Shown here: positions 37,831 to 50,210 of the stretch, piece by piece | Layout of the letters: every line of letters starts with the position of its first letter | Position numbering within the stretch: the stretch's first letter is position 1 | Assembly: GCA_951406725.2 (NCBI GenBank) | Contig: OX597815.1 | Coordinates: 198,462,001 to 198,526,000, forward strand | Origin: Octopus vulgaris | Taxonomy: Eukaryota | Direction of reading: 5' to 3' | Length of the DNA: 64,000 nucleotides | The notes under the pieces: generated by a model | What the model saw: only the letters and a program-made list of their open reading frames with translations | What the model was told of the DNA's origin: nothing | The model's database searches: none | Position numbers and translations under genes: made by a program

Positions 37831-40479
37831 GTACTACTAGATGTTGTGTACTCAGAAAGCCATCCATACAGTTCACAGTGTAAAAGTAAAAGAACAATCA
37901 GCTGACATTCCATCGAACATATGCTGCTTCCTCATTACTTATTTGAGGTTAAGCAACAAATTCAATTATAACATGAGAATATCCTTCCATGAATACATTC
38001 TGTATATCAAGTCTAAAACAGTATAGTTTTCTACTTAAAGTTTCGAGTTCTTAGTCGAGCATTATCGTATATATTCCTGGTCAAAATAATGGTCAGTCTT
38101 CTCGGTTTACGTAAAATTACTCCTAGTAAATCGATTGAATTTGAAGAATAAATGCTCTTCTTTTTATATATAAATATGATTTCTTCGAATAGATCGATTG
38201 TAATAACAGAGTAAATCAAATATCATTTATATATTTTTATATATTTTATTAACTTACGTATTTGTTATTATTTCAGTATTATTCAGATATTGTTTCTAAT
38301 TTAGACACAAGGCCAACCATTTGCAGGTAAGGGTATTAGTCGATACCATGAAAATTGGACATTTAAAGCACTTAAGCTTGCGTGTATCACGAAGAGAGGA
38401 AGTGACTGTCACGCACTTTGTAGAATGTCATACAGCAGCGAAATTATTTAATGATCAAAAACCACTGTCAGAAAACCTATTAGAAAAATATAGTTACTGT
38501 GTGCGATTCAAAGGCTGACATATCTTTCAAGACATTATTACATTATACAAATACTGCATCATACACTATAGGGTTGATTGAGTGCATCAAGGAGTAGGTG
38601 ACGTTTTAAACATTAAGTGCAAGAATATGAAACAATGGAGCAAAAAAGATATCCAATTGTTTCTCCATGTCTTTTACTGAGATTTTGCCAAACAGGTGTA
38701 TTCATATTTTTGAATGGGAAATCATTGTTTTGAAACAGAGCTATTGAAGACAAGTGATATCTGCCACTATATACTTCACAGTTGTGTGATATCTTTTCAA
38801 GGCTAGAGTGTTTTCTATTTCTGATATGATAGCTATTATTACATGCTCACTTATGTGATATCCATAGCAGATCATTTATATTTTTAAGGACACTTTATAT
38901 CGGTATATGTTTGAGAGCAAAGACCTGTATAGTATTAAATTTATATATTCCAGACAATCGGTTTCATATTATTAAATGTATTATTTAATTATATTTATAT
39001 ATTTTAATGTGATGTATAATGTTTAATAGAATTTAAAGATTTGCACCTTGTGTGATTCAAACAATAGTTTTGCAAAGAATTATCTGTCTAAAGCATTATT
39101 AAAACTCTTTTGTAACTAAAGCATTCTCAGTGTTATTGAAAATTCTATATTTTATTTATAATATCCATATGTTGTATTCAATATGAAATGTCTCTTATGT
39201 ATTATTGCTATCAGATAATTAAGTAGAGAGAATTTTCTGGAACACGTATTCGCTATATAATGTGGTATGCATTGAAAAATATTAGTAGCAATTTATGTAA
39301 ACAGTGGACAACCGATATTAGGAAAGATTACTGTGGATCATACGCTTTTCAGTACTTGGTCTGTACTAATATCATCGATCCAGAAATAGAAATGAAATAT
39401 CAATGTTGTGGAACTTGATTTAAAGATCGATACACAGGTATATATTTATATGCTGCAAAATACATAGTCAAGCTTTGTACTATTTCTGCTTACCATATTT
39501 TCTAAGAAACACCAAGTTAATTGTGAAATTCGTTGAATAATTTGACATTTAATTCATAGACTTACTGATTGATATCTGAATGATATCGATGGGAAAATGG
39601 TATCAGTCTGAATATGAACTTAATGGAAAACAAATGTAAGCAATGTTGCTATGTTATCTATGACGATGCAAATATTCTCAAACAAAATCGCATTTTTTTC
39701 ATCATTAAATGTTTCCAATTTAGAGAGTAGACAAGAAATATCTGAGGAGCAGGATTGTTGATTATATCGACTGAAACAGTTTTATATTATATTTTCCTAC
39801 CTTTGAAAGAATGAAAAATTGAGCTCGAAACTTTTAATCCGAAATTAAATCTCACAAGACAATTTCTCAGGCACGCTAATGATTCTCCGAATCACCAGAC
39901 TGTTTCAGTATGTTAGGCTAGCATTTTTGGGGGAAGGGGTTAATCAACGGAATCGATCCCAGTATATGAGACACGTCTTTTATTGACCCATGTGAGAGGA
40001 AAAGTAAAGTTGATGTTGGCAAGATTAGAACACATTACGTTAAAATAAAAAGAAATACCACAGTAAAAAGAATAAAAATACTGGTTTGCCTAATCACCAG
40101 TCTCCTTTGACAAAAATGAAATATTGAAAAATTAAAACCACTAAGATTGTGAGCCAAGTATGAGATCTGAAGGCCAACTGCATAGCACGTAGAATCAAGT
40201 GCAGATTCAGAAATCTATGCTATATATATATATAAATGGATCAAATAAATGCAAGCTAATCTGGATTGTCCCTTATTCATGTAAAATATAAAGAGCTTGT
40301 AGAATCAGAGTTTGTAAGGGGTACTTGCTTTGGTATTTTTTGATTTTAGATCCAATAATTCCACCCCACTACTTAATTCCACTTGATGCGATCTTTAGAC
40401 AGCAATTTGCGTGTCATCGTGTATAGTCGTCCTGCACGTGCTGCATCTTCGTGTTGCAGTGCTTCTCCCTTCTTTGTCG

Positions 40480-41115
40480 ATGTTTGCGATAGCTGAACCG
40501 AAGGAACAGTGTCCTTCTGTGAAAGTGTTTTCTACTGGGGAAAACGGCTGTCGAAACAGTTGTCAATGCTTCAGACAGCTGACAAGGATGCTGCCATGAG
40601 GAAAACAGAAGTTTACGAGTGTTTTTCACACTTTAGGAATGGTCACTTGTTGCTTGAAGATGAACCTCGTTCAAGACTAACGAATAAAAAGATCATGAAA
40701 ATTCATGAACTGTTTTTGGAGGTACGTCGCTGAACTGTTGACGAAATTTTCGATATGACAGATATATCCTGAAGTTCCTGCAAGCGAAATTTAACTGAGG
40801 AATTGCAGATGAAATGAGTTGCAGTAAACTTTTTGTCTCGCTTACTCACGGAAGATCAAAAGCAGTCACAACTGAATCCATGTCGTGAACTAATAGTACG
40901 GTTGGAAGTTGATACCCTTTTTTTATATTTTTCAAGGTCATAACTGGTGACGAAAGGTAGCGCTACGGGATTTGCAGATGTAGAAAAGATGACGAAATAA
41001 ACAACGTTGTTGTTAAGAGGTATCACGTCGAATAGTTCCAGCATAGCTTCGAGCAGCGAAAAATGTGTCTGAACCGTTGCATTGCTGCAAATGAAGAATA
41101 TTTTGAAAGAGAAAA
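40480..41115 (+). pseudogene. Mariner (Tc1/mariner) transposase remnant with internal deletion
   Basis: HTH region MLQTADKDAAMRKTEVYECFSHFRNGHLLLEDEPRS, then RLLTEDQKQ and ITGDE. This is joined almost directly to the C-terminal FADVE..FEQRKMCLNRCIAANEEYFE. Multiple stops and frameshifts. Confidence 0.9.
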
Positions 41116-41155
41116 AAGTGTAAACATGTAAAACCAAGTGGATAAAAGGATATTG

Positions 41156-41211
<56 letters not shown>

Positions 41212-41213
41212 TA

Positions 41214-41528
41214 GGTGGAGGCGCAATGGCCTAGTGGTTAGGGCAGCGGACTCGCGGTTGTAGGATCGCGGTTTCGATTCCCAGACCGGGTGTTATGAGT
41301 GTTAATTAAGCGAAAACCCCTAAAAGCTCCACGAGGCTCCGGCAGGGGGTGGTGGCGATCCCTGCTGTACTCTTTCGCCACAACTTCCTCTCACTCTTTC
41401 TTCTGTTGGCCTGCTCGCTTAGGCAGCGGGGTGGCATCATTTGAAGGCTTAAACAATGTGAAACGCATTGTGACCAGCGATGTGTAGCAACATCTGATTG
41501 CTTGGTCCGTCACGGTGATCACGATGAT
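41214..41528 (+). mobile_element. tRNA(Arg)-related SINE (OK-like), inserted in (TA)n
   Basis: GGCGCAATGGCCTAGTGGTTAGGGCAGCGGACTCGCGG..GGTTTCGATTCCC head with a TCG anticodon-like loop. The first ~190 nt are shared with 59840-60231 but the 3' half differs. Confidence 0.85.
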
Positions 41529-41543
41529 ATATATATATATATG

Positions 41544-41637
<94 letters not shown>

Positions 41638-41980
41638 ATAGAGGGCATTATTACACATAAATGCCTCACACTAAGAGGGACTAAGTCATTACTACCAAAA
41701 TTATACTAATCATACCCAAATGCAGTTTTTCAAAGCAAGACAAAGTTTTTCACGCTAACTACCCGATAATTTCTTGTTAAGATTCCTTATTAAGAGGTTA
41801 TCCTTAATTGTTAAACTTATTCCGAAATACTTTTTATTACCCGACATGCAGTTCGTAAAAAGCCCGCCATTTACCGGATATATGATTTATAAACATTCCA
41901 TGTGCTTGGCCGGAGTGATCAGTTGTCTGGTCGTCTTCGCTACGTAAGGTTGGTAGTTTATTTATGATGTGTTCAGAATC

Positions 41981-42038
41981 AGTTCTGCTGAGGATCATAA
42001 GACGCAAGTTGAATGTGAAATCACGGTGATACAGAACT
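41981..42038 (+). ncRNA. Type I hammerhead ribozyme, copy 1
   Basis: AGTTCTG-CTGAGGA-T-CAT..ATG-T-GAAA-TCAC-G-GTGA-TA-CAGAACT: 7-bp stem I and canonical core. Confidence 0.85.
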
Positions 42039-42462
42039 AAATTCATTTTTTTAAATGTCTTGCTTTGAAAAACTGCATTTGGGTATGATTAGTATAATTT
42101 TGGTAGTAATGACTTAGTCCCTCTTAGTGTGAGGCATTTATGTGTAATAATGCCCTCTATACAATATAGATATAATTAATTTGTTCAAAAGGAAAAAAAT
42201 TATTTTCGAATTCTTTTCTTTTATGAGGTTTTCACGCTAACTACCCGATAATTTCTTGTTAAGATTCCTTATTAAGAGGTTATCCTTAATTGTTAAACTT
42301 ATTCCGAAATACTTTTTATTACCCGACATGCAGTTCGTAAAAAGCCCGCCATTTACCGGATATATGATTTATAAACATTCCATGTGCTTGGCCGGAGTGA
42401 TCAGTTGTCTGGTCGTCTTCGCTACGTAAGGTTGGTAGTTTATTTATGATGTGTTCAGAATC

Positions 42463-42520
42463 AGTTCTGCTGAGGATCATAAGACGCAAGTTGAATGTGA
42501 AATCACGGTGATACAGAACT
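42463..42520 (+). ncRNA. Type I hammerhead ribozyme, copy 2
   Basis: Identical to 41981-42038, 482 nt downstream. Confidence 0.85.
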
Positions 42521-42779
42521 AAATTCATTTTTTTAAATGTCTTGCTTTGAAAAACTGCATTTGGGTATGATTAGTATAATTTTGGTAGTAATGACTTAGT
42601 CCCTCTTAGTGTGAGGCATTTATGTGTAATAATGCCCTCTATACAATATAGATATAATTAATTTGTTCAAAAGGAAAAAAATTATTTTCGAATTCTTTTC
42701 TTTTATGAGGTTTTCACGCTAACTACCCGATAATTTCTTGTTAAGATTCCTTATTAAGAGGTTATCCTTAATTGTTAAA

Positions 42780-42836
<57 letters not shown>

Positions 42837-43295
42837 GACATTTTACGATCCACAAAGAACACAGCTTAACTGCAGCTTTTCGAGGTCCAGATCGGATATG
42901 GAATCTTTCAAAATATTGTCTGGTTTATAAAGCCACATCAGATACTATGAATGGTTCGAAGATATAGATGCAGGAGGTGCTCAAACTCTGCATAAGGAGT
43001 AGACAACCACCACATATCACACAAAAAAAAATCAGGGAACTGCATTCAGTAATGTTCTATGACGATAAATACATGATCGAAACATTCGCGTGCCTTTTAA
43101 GAGTGGCATTAAAGGAATTTAACAGTTTTGTCTTTGTATTTCCGAATCAGAATTAACTGATATCGTTAGAGATACCGCTTTAGATACATCTTATTCAATG
43201 AAAGCTCATCTCCACGGAATGTTTACTTTTTATGTCTAGCATAATCTCAGTTTAATGCAGATTTTGAAAAAAAAACTATATTGCGCAAGTGATTT

Positions 43296-43345
<50 letters not shown>

Positions 43346-43350
43346 ATATG

Positions 43351-43382
<32 letters not shown>

Positions 43383-43689
43383 CGAGTATATATGTGCGTG
43401 TGTATGTATGTATAAATTGTATATACATATATACATATTACATTGTAAGTATATATATAATACATGTGTGCGAGTGTTTGTATGTGTACGTGTGTATGTG
43501 TATGTGAGTGATTGCGCTCATACCTGATGTTTTCCATGCATCGATATCTAGAGAATTTCTCGCTTCCATTATATTTATAAGCATTTACCTTCGAAAAAAA
43601 ACTGCTAAACTCGTTTTCCATTTTATGTAAAAGCTGCAAAAAACTGAAATCTTTTCACGTTTTTTTCTCGTGTTTCAAGATGGCTGTTA

Positions 43690-43945
43690 TCACAATCACC
43701 ACCCACTACATACACCACCCTCCACAACTACCACCACCACCACCACTACCAACACCATCACTGTCGTCATCATCATCGTCGTTGTCATTATCATCATCAT
43801 TATCATCTTTTTCGACGTAGTCGTCATTATCATCTTCATCGTAACCATCATCATCATCACCATCATCCTCATCATCCTCATCCTCCTCATCATCATCGCT
43901 GTGGTCACCAGCTTCATATTCGTCATTTTCCTCGTCAAGTCGTTA
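43690..43945. repeat. Degenerate (CAC)n/(CAT)n tract
   Basis: Seen directly. Confidence 0.85.
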
Positions 43946-44291
43946 TAACAGAAAGTGTTTTTTTTTTTTTTACAGTATTTATCAAAAGGAGTAAAAATGC
44001 AAAAAAAGTGATAGAAATGAAACGTTTCGTTTATTGCATAACTTCTGATAAAATATTTGCTCTGAAATTTAATGTTTGCATGTTTTCCTATCTAATACAA
44101 TATTCGAAATTAATATAAATGCTCAGATTGAAATATTTACACACATACACACATCATATACACCACAACTCGATACACACACCTACATACATACACCCAC
44201 AAACGCATACACACGCACACTCACACTCACACTCAAACAAGCACACACATACACGAACGCTTATCCAATCATGCTAAAATATTTATGTATG

Positions 44292-44435
<144 letters not shown>

Positions 44436-44580
44436 CAGACATATATAGATATAGATATACACATATATAAAAATATATGCATATATATTTATGTATATAT
44501 ATGTGTGCGTAAGTGTGTGTGTATATATATAACATAAAGGTGTCAAATCATATAAATACATACATACACACACACACACG

Positions 44581-44657
<77 letters not shown>

Positions 44658-44844
44658 TATATATACATAATAATAAATATTACGGAATGAATCCAAAATT
44701 ACAGGGAAAAATCAGATTTAGGGTTAAATACAATTTTATAGTAAAATATTATATAATATAATTCGAGACAAAACCACTATTTTAAAACCAAACAAGGAAA
44801 GACTTAATCAATACATAAAATTTTAATATAAATTAAATAAACTG

Positions 44845-44888
44845 CCACTACAATTGTTTCATGTCTGCTACCGACAATCTTCAGGTGG
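44845..44888 (-). ncRNA. Minimal type I hammerhead ribozyme, left arm
   Basis: Exact reverse complement of 44952-44995. Confidence 0.85.
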
Positions 44889-44951
44889 ATTTTCGATCTT
44901 CTAATCAGTATCAAATTTTGAAAATTTGATACTGATTAGAAGATCGAAAAT

Positions 44952-44995
44952 CCACCTGAAGATTGTCGGTAGCAGACATGAAACAATTGTAGTGG
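44952..44995 (+). ncRNA. Minimal type I hammerhead ribozyme, right arm
   Basis: CCAC-CTGAAGA-T-TGTC-GGTAGCA-GACA-T-GAAA-CAATTG-TA-GTGG. Palindromic stem III and GUA triplet. Confidence 0.85.
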
Positions 44996-45084
44996 CGGTT
45001 TATTTAATTTATATAAAAATTTTATGTATTGATTAAGTCTTTCCTTGTTTGGTTTTAAAATAGTGGTTTTGTCTCGAATTATAT

Positions 45085-45138
<54 letters not shown>

Positions 45139-45193
45139 GATCGTTAGCCCCTACACGCAATTTTTTTTTCTCCTCTTGTTTCTTTTCTCTGTA

Positions 45194-45231
45194 TCTTTCT
45201 GTCGAAGAGCGTAGGCTCGAAACGTAAAAGA
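45194..45231 (+). ncRNA. Minimal type I hammerhead motif (core CTGTCGA, A6U)
   Basis: TCTTT-CTGTCGA-A-GAGC-GTAG-GCTC-GAAA-CG-TA-AAAGA, inside a ~195-bp island (45133-45328) between (TA)n tracts. Confidence 0.65.
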
Positions 45232-45324
45232 CTTATTTTATTTCTATTCCTGAGCACCATACTGATAGATTGTTTGTTTGTACTCCACCTACCTTCGTCT
45301 TCTGTTTAGTTTCGTAAACCTTCC

Positions 45325-45388
<64 letters not shown>

Positions 45389-45959
45389 GGCTCTGCATAT
45401 GACTTCTGGTCCACCATCTTCTACCTAGATCAATTTGAACCCTTGAACCTGTCATTGCAGTCATGAAATCTTACACCGCACGGAGTAAAATATTGATGCT
45501 TGAGAGCTGGGGTATGTATTTCGCAGACCTCCTCAAAGACTAAAACCAAATGATCACAGTGAATAGAAAAATATCTGCGCAATCCTTCTTATTCTTTGGA
45601 TTCCTACAACGTGTGGTTCTATATCCTGTATCGTAATTACAAACTTCGTTAATCAACATACCTGGACTAAAATTTTGCAGTACACTCGAAATTATTGCTT
45701 GAGTTTAGTGGGGGGAATCATCTACTTTTTCACTGGAGATAGACTGATACGTTATTTACAACTAAGCGAATTATAGTACACCAAAAAAGCGTATGATTTG
45801 CCTTACTGTAAGCGGATCCTACATAAAGAGGCTCAAAATATTTAAATCTCTGAAAACATCATAGACGTAGTTAGAAATATGTCTCTACAGATATATTTCT
45901 CACAGCGTTTTCTCGGCCTGGTAGCAATCTGTTTAGTAAGTCATTGCTTTGTGAAAGAG

Positions 45960-46277
45960 CATGGAATAATGGTTAGGGATATTCGACTCAAGATTTTAAC
46001 GTCCTGAGTTCGATTCTCGACAGCCCTTTGAGCCTTGAACTTGATACTTTATTTCACCTTTCTCTAGTCCCTTTAGCTGGTGAAAATTAGTTGTGTCTGT
46101 AATTCAAAGGAATAGCTTTGTCACATTCTGTGTTTCGGTCAATTCCTCTGACAACTAAATTAAGGGTAGGCGTGTCTGTTGAGTGGTCAGCCACTTGCAT
46201 ACCCATTTCATAAGCAGGCTGTCCTGTTGATCTTATTAACTTGAACAATCGAAATCATAACCGAAGGAGAGCGGAGC
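45960..46277 (+). mobile_element. Degenerate OR2-like CORE-SINE
   Basis: Colinear with 31631-31950 (B-box GAGTTCGATTC, CTTTATTTCAC, CAGCCACTTGCA). Confidence 0.7.
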
Positions 46278-46347
46278 TAAGTACTTTGTGGCTCGTACGA
46301 AGAACATCCACTTCAAGTAACCAGAGTGTATTTTCACGCTTTGAAGC

Positions 46348-46898
46348 GGCAAGCTGGCAGACACGTTAGCAATCCGGGCGAAATGGTTAACGGTATTTCG
46401 TCTGCGTTACGTTGTGAGTTCAAATTCCGCCGAGGTCGACTTTGCCTTTCATCCTTTCGGGGTCGATAAATTAAGTACCAGTTACGCACTGGGGTCGATG
46501 TAATCGACTTAATACCTATGTCTGTCTTTGTTCCCTCTGTCTTTAGCCCCTTGTGGGTAATAAAGAAATAGGTATTTCGTCTTCCGCTACCTTCTGAGTT
46601 CAAATTCCACCGAGGTCGACTTTGCCTTTTCATCCTTTCGGCGTCGATAAATTAAGAACCAGTTACGCACTGGGGTCAATGTAATCGACTTAATCCGTTT
46701 GTTCTTTCTGTGTTTAGCCCCTTGTGGGTAGTAAAGACATAGGTATTTCGTCTGTCGCTACGTTCTGAGTTCAAATTCAGCTGAGATCGATTTTGCCTTT
46801 CATCATTTCAGGGTCGATGAATTAAGTAATGTACTGGTTCGATCTAATCGACTGACCACTTCCCCAAACTTTCGGACCGTGTGCCTAGAATATGAAAA
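46348..46898 (+). mobile_element. Meta-type SINE trimer
   Basis: One head, with body units starting GGTATTTCG at 46392, 46571 and 46742. Confidence 0.9.
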
Positions 46899-47009
46899 GC
46901 TATTGACCAAGCCTCACCTAAACACTAAACAATTTGTCAAAAACAATTCTTGAGAAGCCCTCAGTGAAAATAATTGAATACAAGATATTTTATTTTTTTC
47001 AATTTTAAT

Positions 47010-47312
47010 CTCTTGCTGGCTTCAGTCATTAGACTATGACCATGCTGGGGCATCACCTTGGACATTTTGGAGTCGAATAAATCAACCCTAGTAATGACAC
47101 ACACACACAAACATAAATTCACACACACATACACACATACATACATACACAACGGGCTTCTTTTAGCTACATTCTACCAAATCCACTCATTCAGCTTTGG
47201 TTGGCCTCAGGCTATAGTAGAAGACACTTGTCCAAGATACCACTCAGTGGGACTTAACCTGAAACTATGTAGTTTGGAAGTAAACTGCTTACCACACAGC
47301 CACATCTGCACC
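47010..47312 (-). mobile_element. CORE-type SINE, internally deleted
   Basis: Head (reverse complement of CTTACCACACAGCCAC), CORE-like segment, internal (TG)n and a shortened 3' body. Confidence 0.75.
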
Positions 47313-48798
47313 TACTATGAAATATTTTCGAAAATTTCGTTGAAAAAATGAATATACAAGAAAAATTACCTTTTCAATTTTTTTAATATCAGAAAATAAT
47401 ACAATAGCTTAATGCTTAAAAATATCCATAAATGTACTTCCATCACACTCGAAATTTACATATTCTGCCAAATGCTTCCGCTGAGACATGTAAAATGTAC
47501 CTAGATATATTTGCTCGAAACATACCAGATGAACTCACTACTAATTTCTACAATGCTTCGAACAACATCCACTAACAGATATTTGGAAATGCAACAAAAT
47601 CTTTTCGCATCTTCCGTACAAGCAGAAGGCACATTAAAGACATAACATTCCAAATTCATGTTGGTACGGTGGCATGCTGTTTTCTGTGATGAGTAAGAGA
47701 ATGTAGAATACCGATAATGGAAATACACACTCACAAATATATCTATCTTGATGTATGTGTAGGTGTTCATTCGAAATCTGTTCTATCGTGTGGTTTTCGT
47801 GTTAAAATCCCAATATAACTTACTTATATCCATTTGTTTATACAGTCAGATAGAAAATTCCATTTTTGTTGTTTGAAGTATTATAAACTAGCTGCCATGA
47901 CTTTTAGAGAAAATACGAGTTTATCATGTAGTACGAATTGCCATTTATCACGAAATAACAATAACAAATAATAATAATCGATTATAATCACAAATTTCCT
48001 TACCATTTTATGTATATTTTACCATAATCATTATTACTTTGTGTGTATGTTTTTCGAATCTGTATGAATATACATTCACACACAAACGCATACACATACA
48101 AATACACACAATTCATATAGACGCTTATGAACTAGGTTTATATACAAATACCCACATGCAGACATATACATATGTATTATAAACATGCATACATACACAA
48201 ACACACACACGGACACACACACACACACACACACACATGCACAAACACACACATGCTTGTGGGATTTGTAAGCACAAACGAATGCGTCTATAAAAGTATA
48301 TTTGTTTGTTTGTATTCGCTTACATTTCTCTTCTAGATGTAATTTATATGAGGTTGTGCTTAAGAGTATGCAGATAAATATATGGAGATATGTACAAACT
48401 GCCAATTTATAATTCTGTTAATCTAGTTTATTGTATGAGTTTTTCTTAAGTGTTTGTTTATGAATGTTTATCTCTCATTGCTCGTACACACCCAATTTCC
48501 TCCTCTCCTCTCGCTTTCTCACTGAAAATTTATACATACATACACAAACTAATATTCATACATGTTGACGAGCAGTGTATATTACTGATTATAACGTATA
48601 ACTGGGCTGAAAGCTACCATTGGTCACACAGTGAGCATCCCAAGTAGGAAATATTGACTACTTGGTATATGTAGTTTATGAGAAACCCGATGTTGTAAAA
48701 TGGAATATGGAAAAAACTTAGCAATTCTTCCGTAGAGATAAAGAAGAGTTATTTCCCCCTGATTGGTGTTTGCCATTAGTGTTTAACCCCCCCTCTCT

Positions 48799-48856
<58 letters not shown>

Positions 48857-48933
48857 GTATGTATATAACTTTTTTCGTAATGAAATTAAAAAAAACAAGG
48901 CGGTGTAGACTTTAGAACATTTATAGATATATG

Positions 48934-48981
48934 GTCTTACAGCTGTTTCCAGGGTATTTATTGTATCCCTTCATCGGAGAC
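48934..48981 (-). ncRNA. Type I hammerhead motif (core CCGATGA, U4C)
   Basis: Minus strand: GTCT-CCGATGA-A-GGG..CCC-TG-GAAA-CAGCTG-TA-AGAC. Confidence 0.6.
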
Positions 48982-49017
48982 GGTATGAGAGGATGGCTAA
49001 GAAATAGTTAACTTAGA

Positions 49018-49366
49018 TGGAGAGTGACTCTTTTTTTTTTGTGCCTTATTATTTAACAAACTCACCGGTTCAGTTTCCACTCTTTTCTTTCTTTATTTTT
49101 TTCGAAAACTTTCTTTGCATCTTTCAACTATTTCAATAGCCGTTGAGTTTGTCCGTTACCCGAGCTGCGTTTTTTGTTTTATATAAATAATTACGAACTA
49201 GAAAAAAAAAAGAAGGAACGCAGTTTGAATAACGGACAAAGTCAACGACTATTGAAGAGTTTCCAACACGCGACGAAAATTTCAGACAATATAAAGTAGC
49301 CAATGAGAGAAAACCGAACCAGTGAGTGTGTTAAAGAATAAGGTACAAAAAGAGAATATCTCTCCA
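49018..49366. mobile_element. Diverged fold-back element (~155-bp inverted arms)
   Basis: Termini TGGAGAG / CTCTCCA, with TTTGTCCGTTA vs TAACGGACAAA. Shares CCGAACCAGTGAGTGTG with 35551-36258. Confidence 0.7.
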
Positions 49367-49413
49367 GACACAATAAAATATGCTTCAACATACGAACACA
49401 CACACACACACTA

Positions 49414-49450
<37 letters not shown>

Positions 49451-49497
49451 TACTATAAAATTGGATTCAATCCTAAATCTGATTTTTCTAAATCTGA

Positions 49498-49553
<56 letters not shown>

Positions 49554-49561
49554 CATAGACA

Positions 49562-49778
49562 CACGAAGAATGCTGAAAAATTCCTGGCTTTATGCGTATT
49601 GCCAAAGGTCTGGCTGGAGGCCCAAAGTTTCCAGTTCTTTTACAGGGCTTAGAAAAACTGGAGGATCACAGGAATAAGAATCAGAATCTGAGAGGGGAAT
49701 ATGTTGAACAAAATCACAATTAACTCATCCTCCTGTACTTTCTTTAACCCAAAGCCAGGAAAGTTTCAGCACTCGCTT
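49562..49778 (+). mobile_element. Mariner-derived MITE
   Basis: TIRs TGCTGAAAAATTCCTGGCTTT / AAAGCCAGGAAAGTTTCAGCA. The interior encodes GLEKLEDHRNKNQNLRGEYVEQ, a mariner transposase C-terminus. Confidence 0.75.
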
Positions 49779-50029
49779 ATTCACACAATAAAATTCCAAG
49801 TGAATTCAAGGTTAAGTTTAATTGATGTAGTAAAATCCGAAAATCAGGTACTGAAAACCATCGTTGGAAGGACCCCACACACACACACACATACACACAA
49901 ACACACACACGCACATACACACACGGTCACTGTTTTCTTCTCTCCCTTCTCTTTCATTTCCATTCTCTATCTCTCTCTACTTCTCTCATTTAAGGACGAG
50001 CCCATTAAAATTAACGACATGAATATTAT

Positions 50030-50210
50030 TTGTGTGTCTGTGTTTGTCTCCCCAACATCGCTTGACAACCGAAGCTGGTGTGTTTACACTCCCCGTAAGC
50101 TAGCGGTTCGGCAAAGGATACCGATAGAATAAGTACAATGTTTACAAAGAATAATTCCTGGGGTCGATTTGCTCGACTAAAAAAGGCGGTGTTCCAGCAT
50201 GGCCACGGCA
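50030..50210 (+). mobile_element. CORE-type SINE 3' part
   Basis: GCGGTTCGGCAAAGGATACCGATAGAATAAGTAC..GGCGGTGTTCCAGCATGGCC. Confidence 0.75.

Larger units (their letters stand above)
41631..42782 (+). mobile_element. Tandem 482-bp HHR-containing units (2.15 copies) with inverted 5' fragment, in (TA)n
   Basis: CACGCTAACTACCCG occurs at 41751, 42233 and 42715 (period 482). 41631-41742 is the reverse complement of 42056-42167. Confidence 0.9.
44750..45090. repeat. Near-perfect ~340-bp palindrome (centre 44920) made of two divergent HHR-bearing arms
   Basis: ATTCGAGAC (44761) mirrors GTCTCGAAT (45071-45079). The centre is CAAATTTT-G-AAAATTTG. The left tail (44665-44750) resembles 29230-29310 and 49440-49490. 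Confidence 0.9.

Noticed and set aside
41214-41290. tRNA-Arg(TCG) gene (also 60155-60231, 31631-31700, 60634-60703)
   Set aside because: No closed acceptor stem. The first three continue into SINE bodies, so these are tRNA-derived heads.
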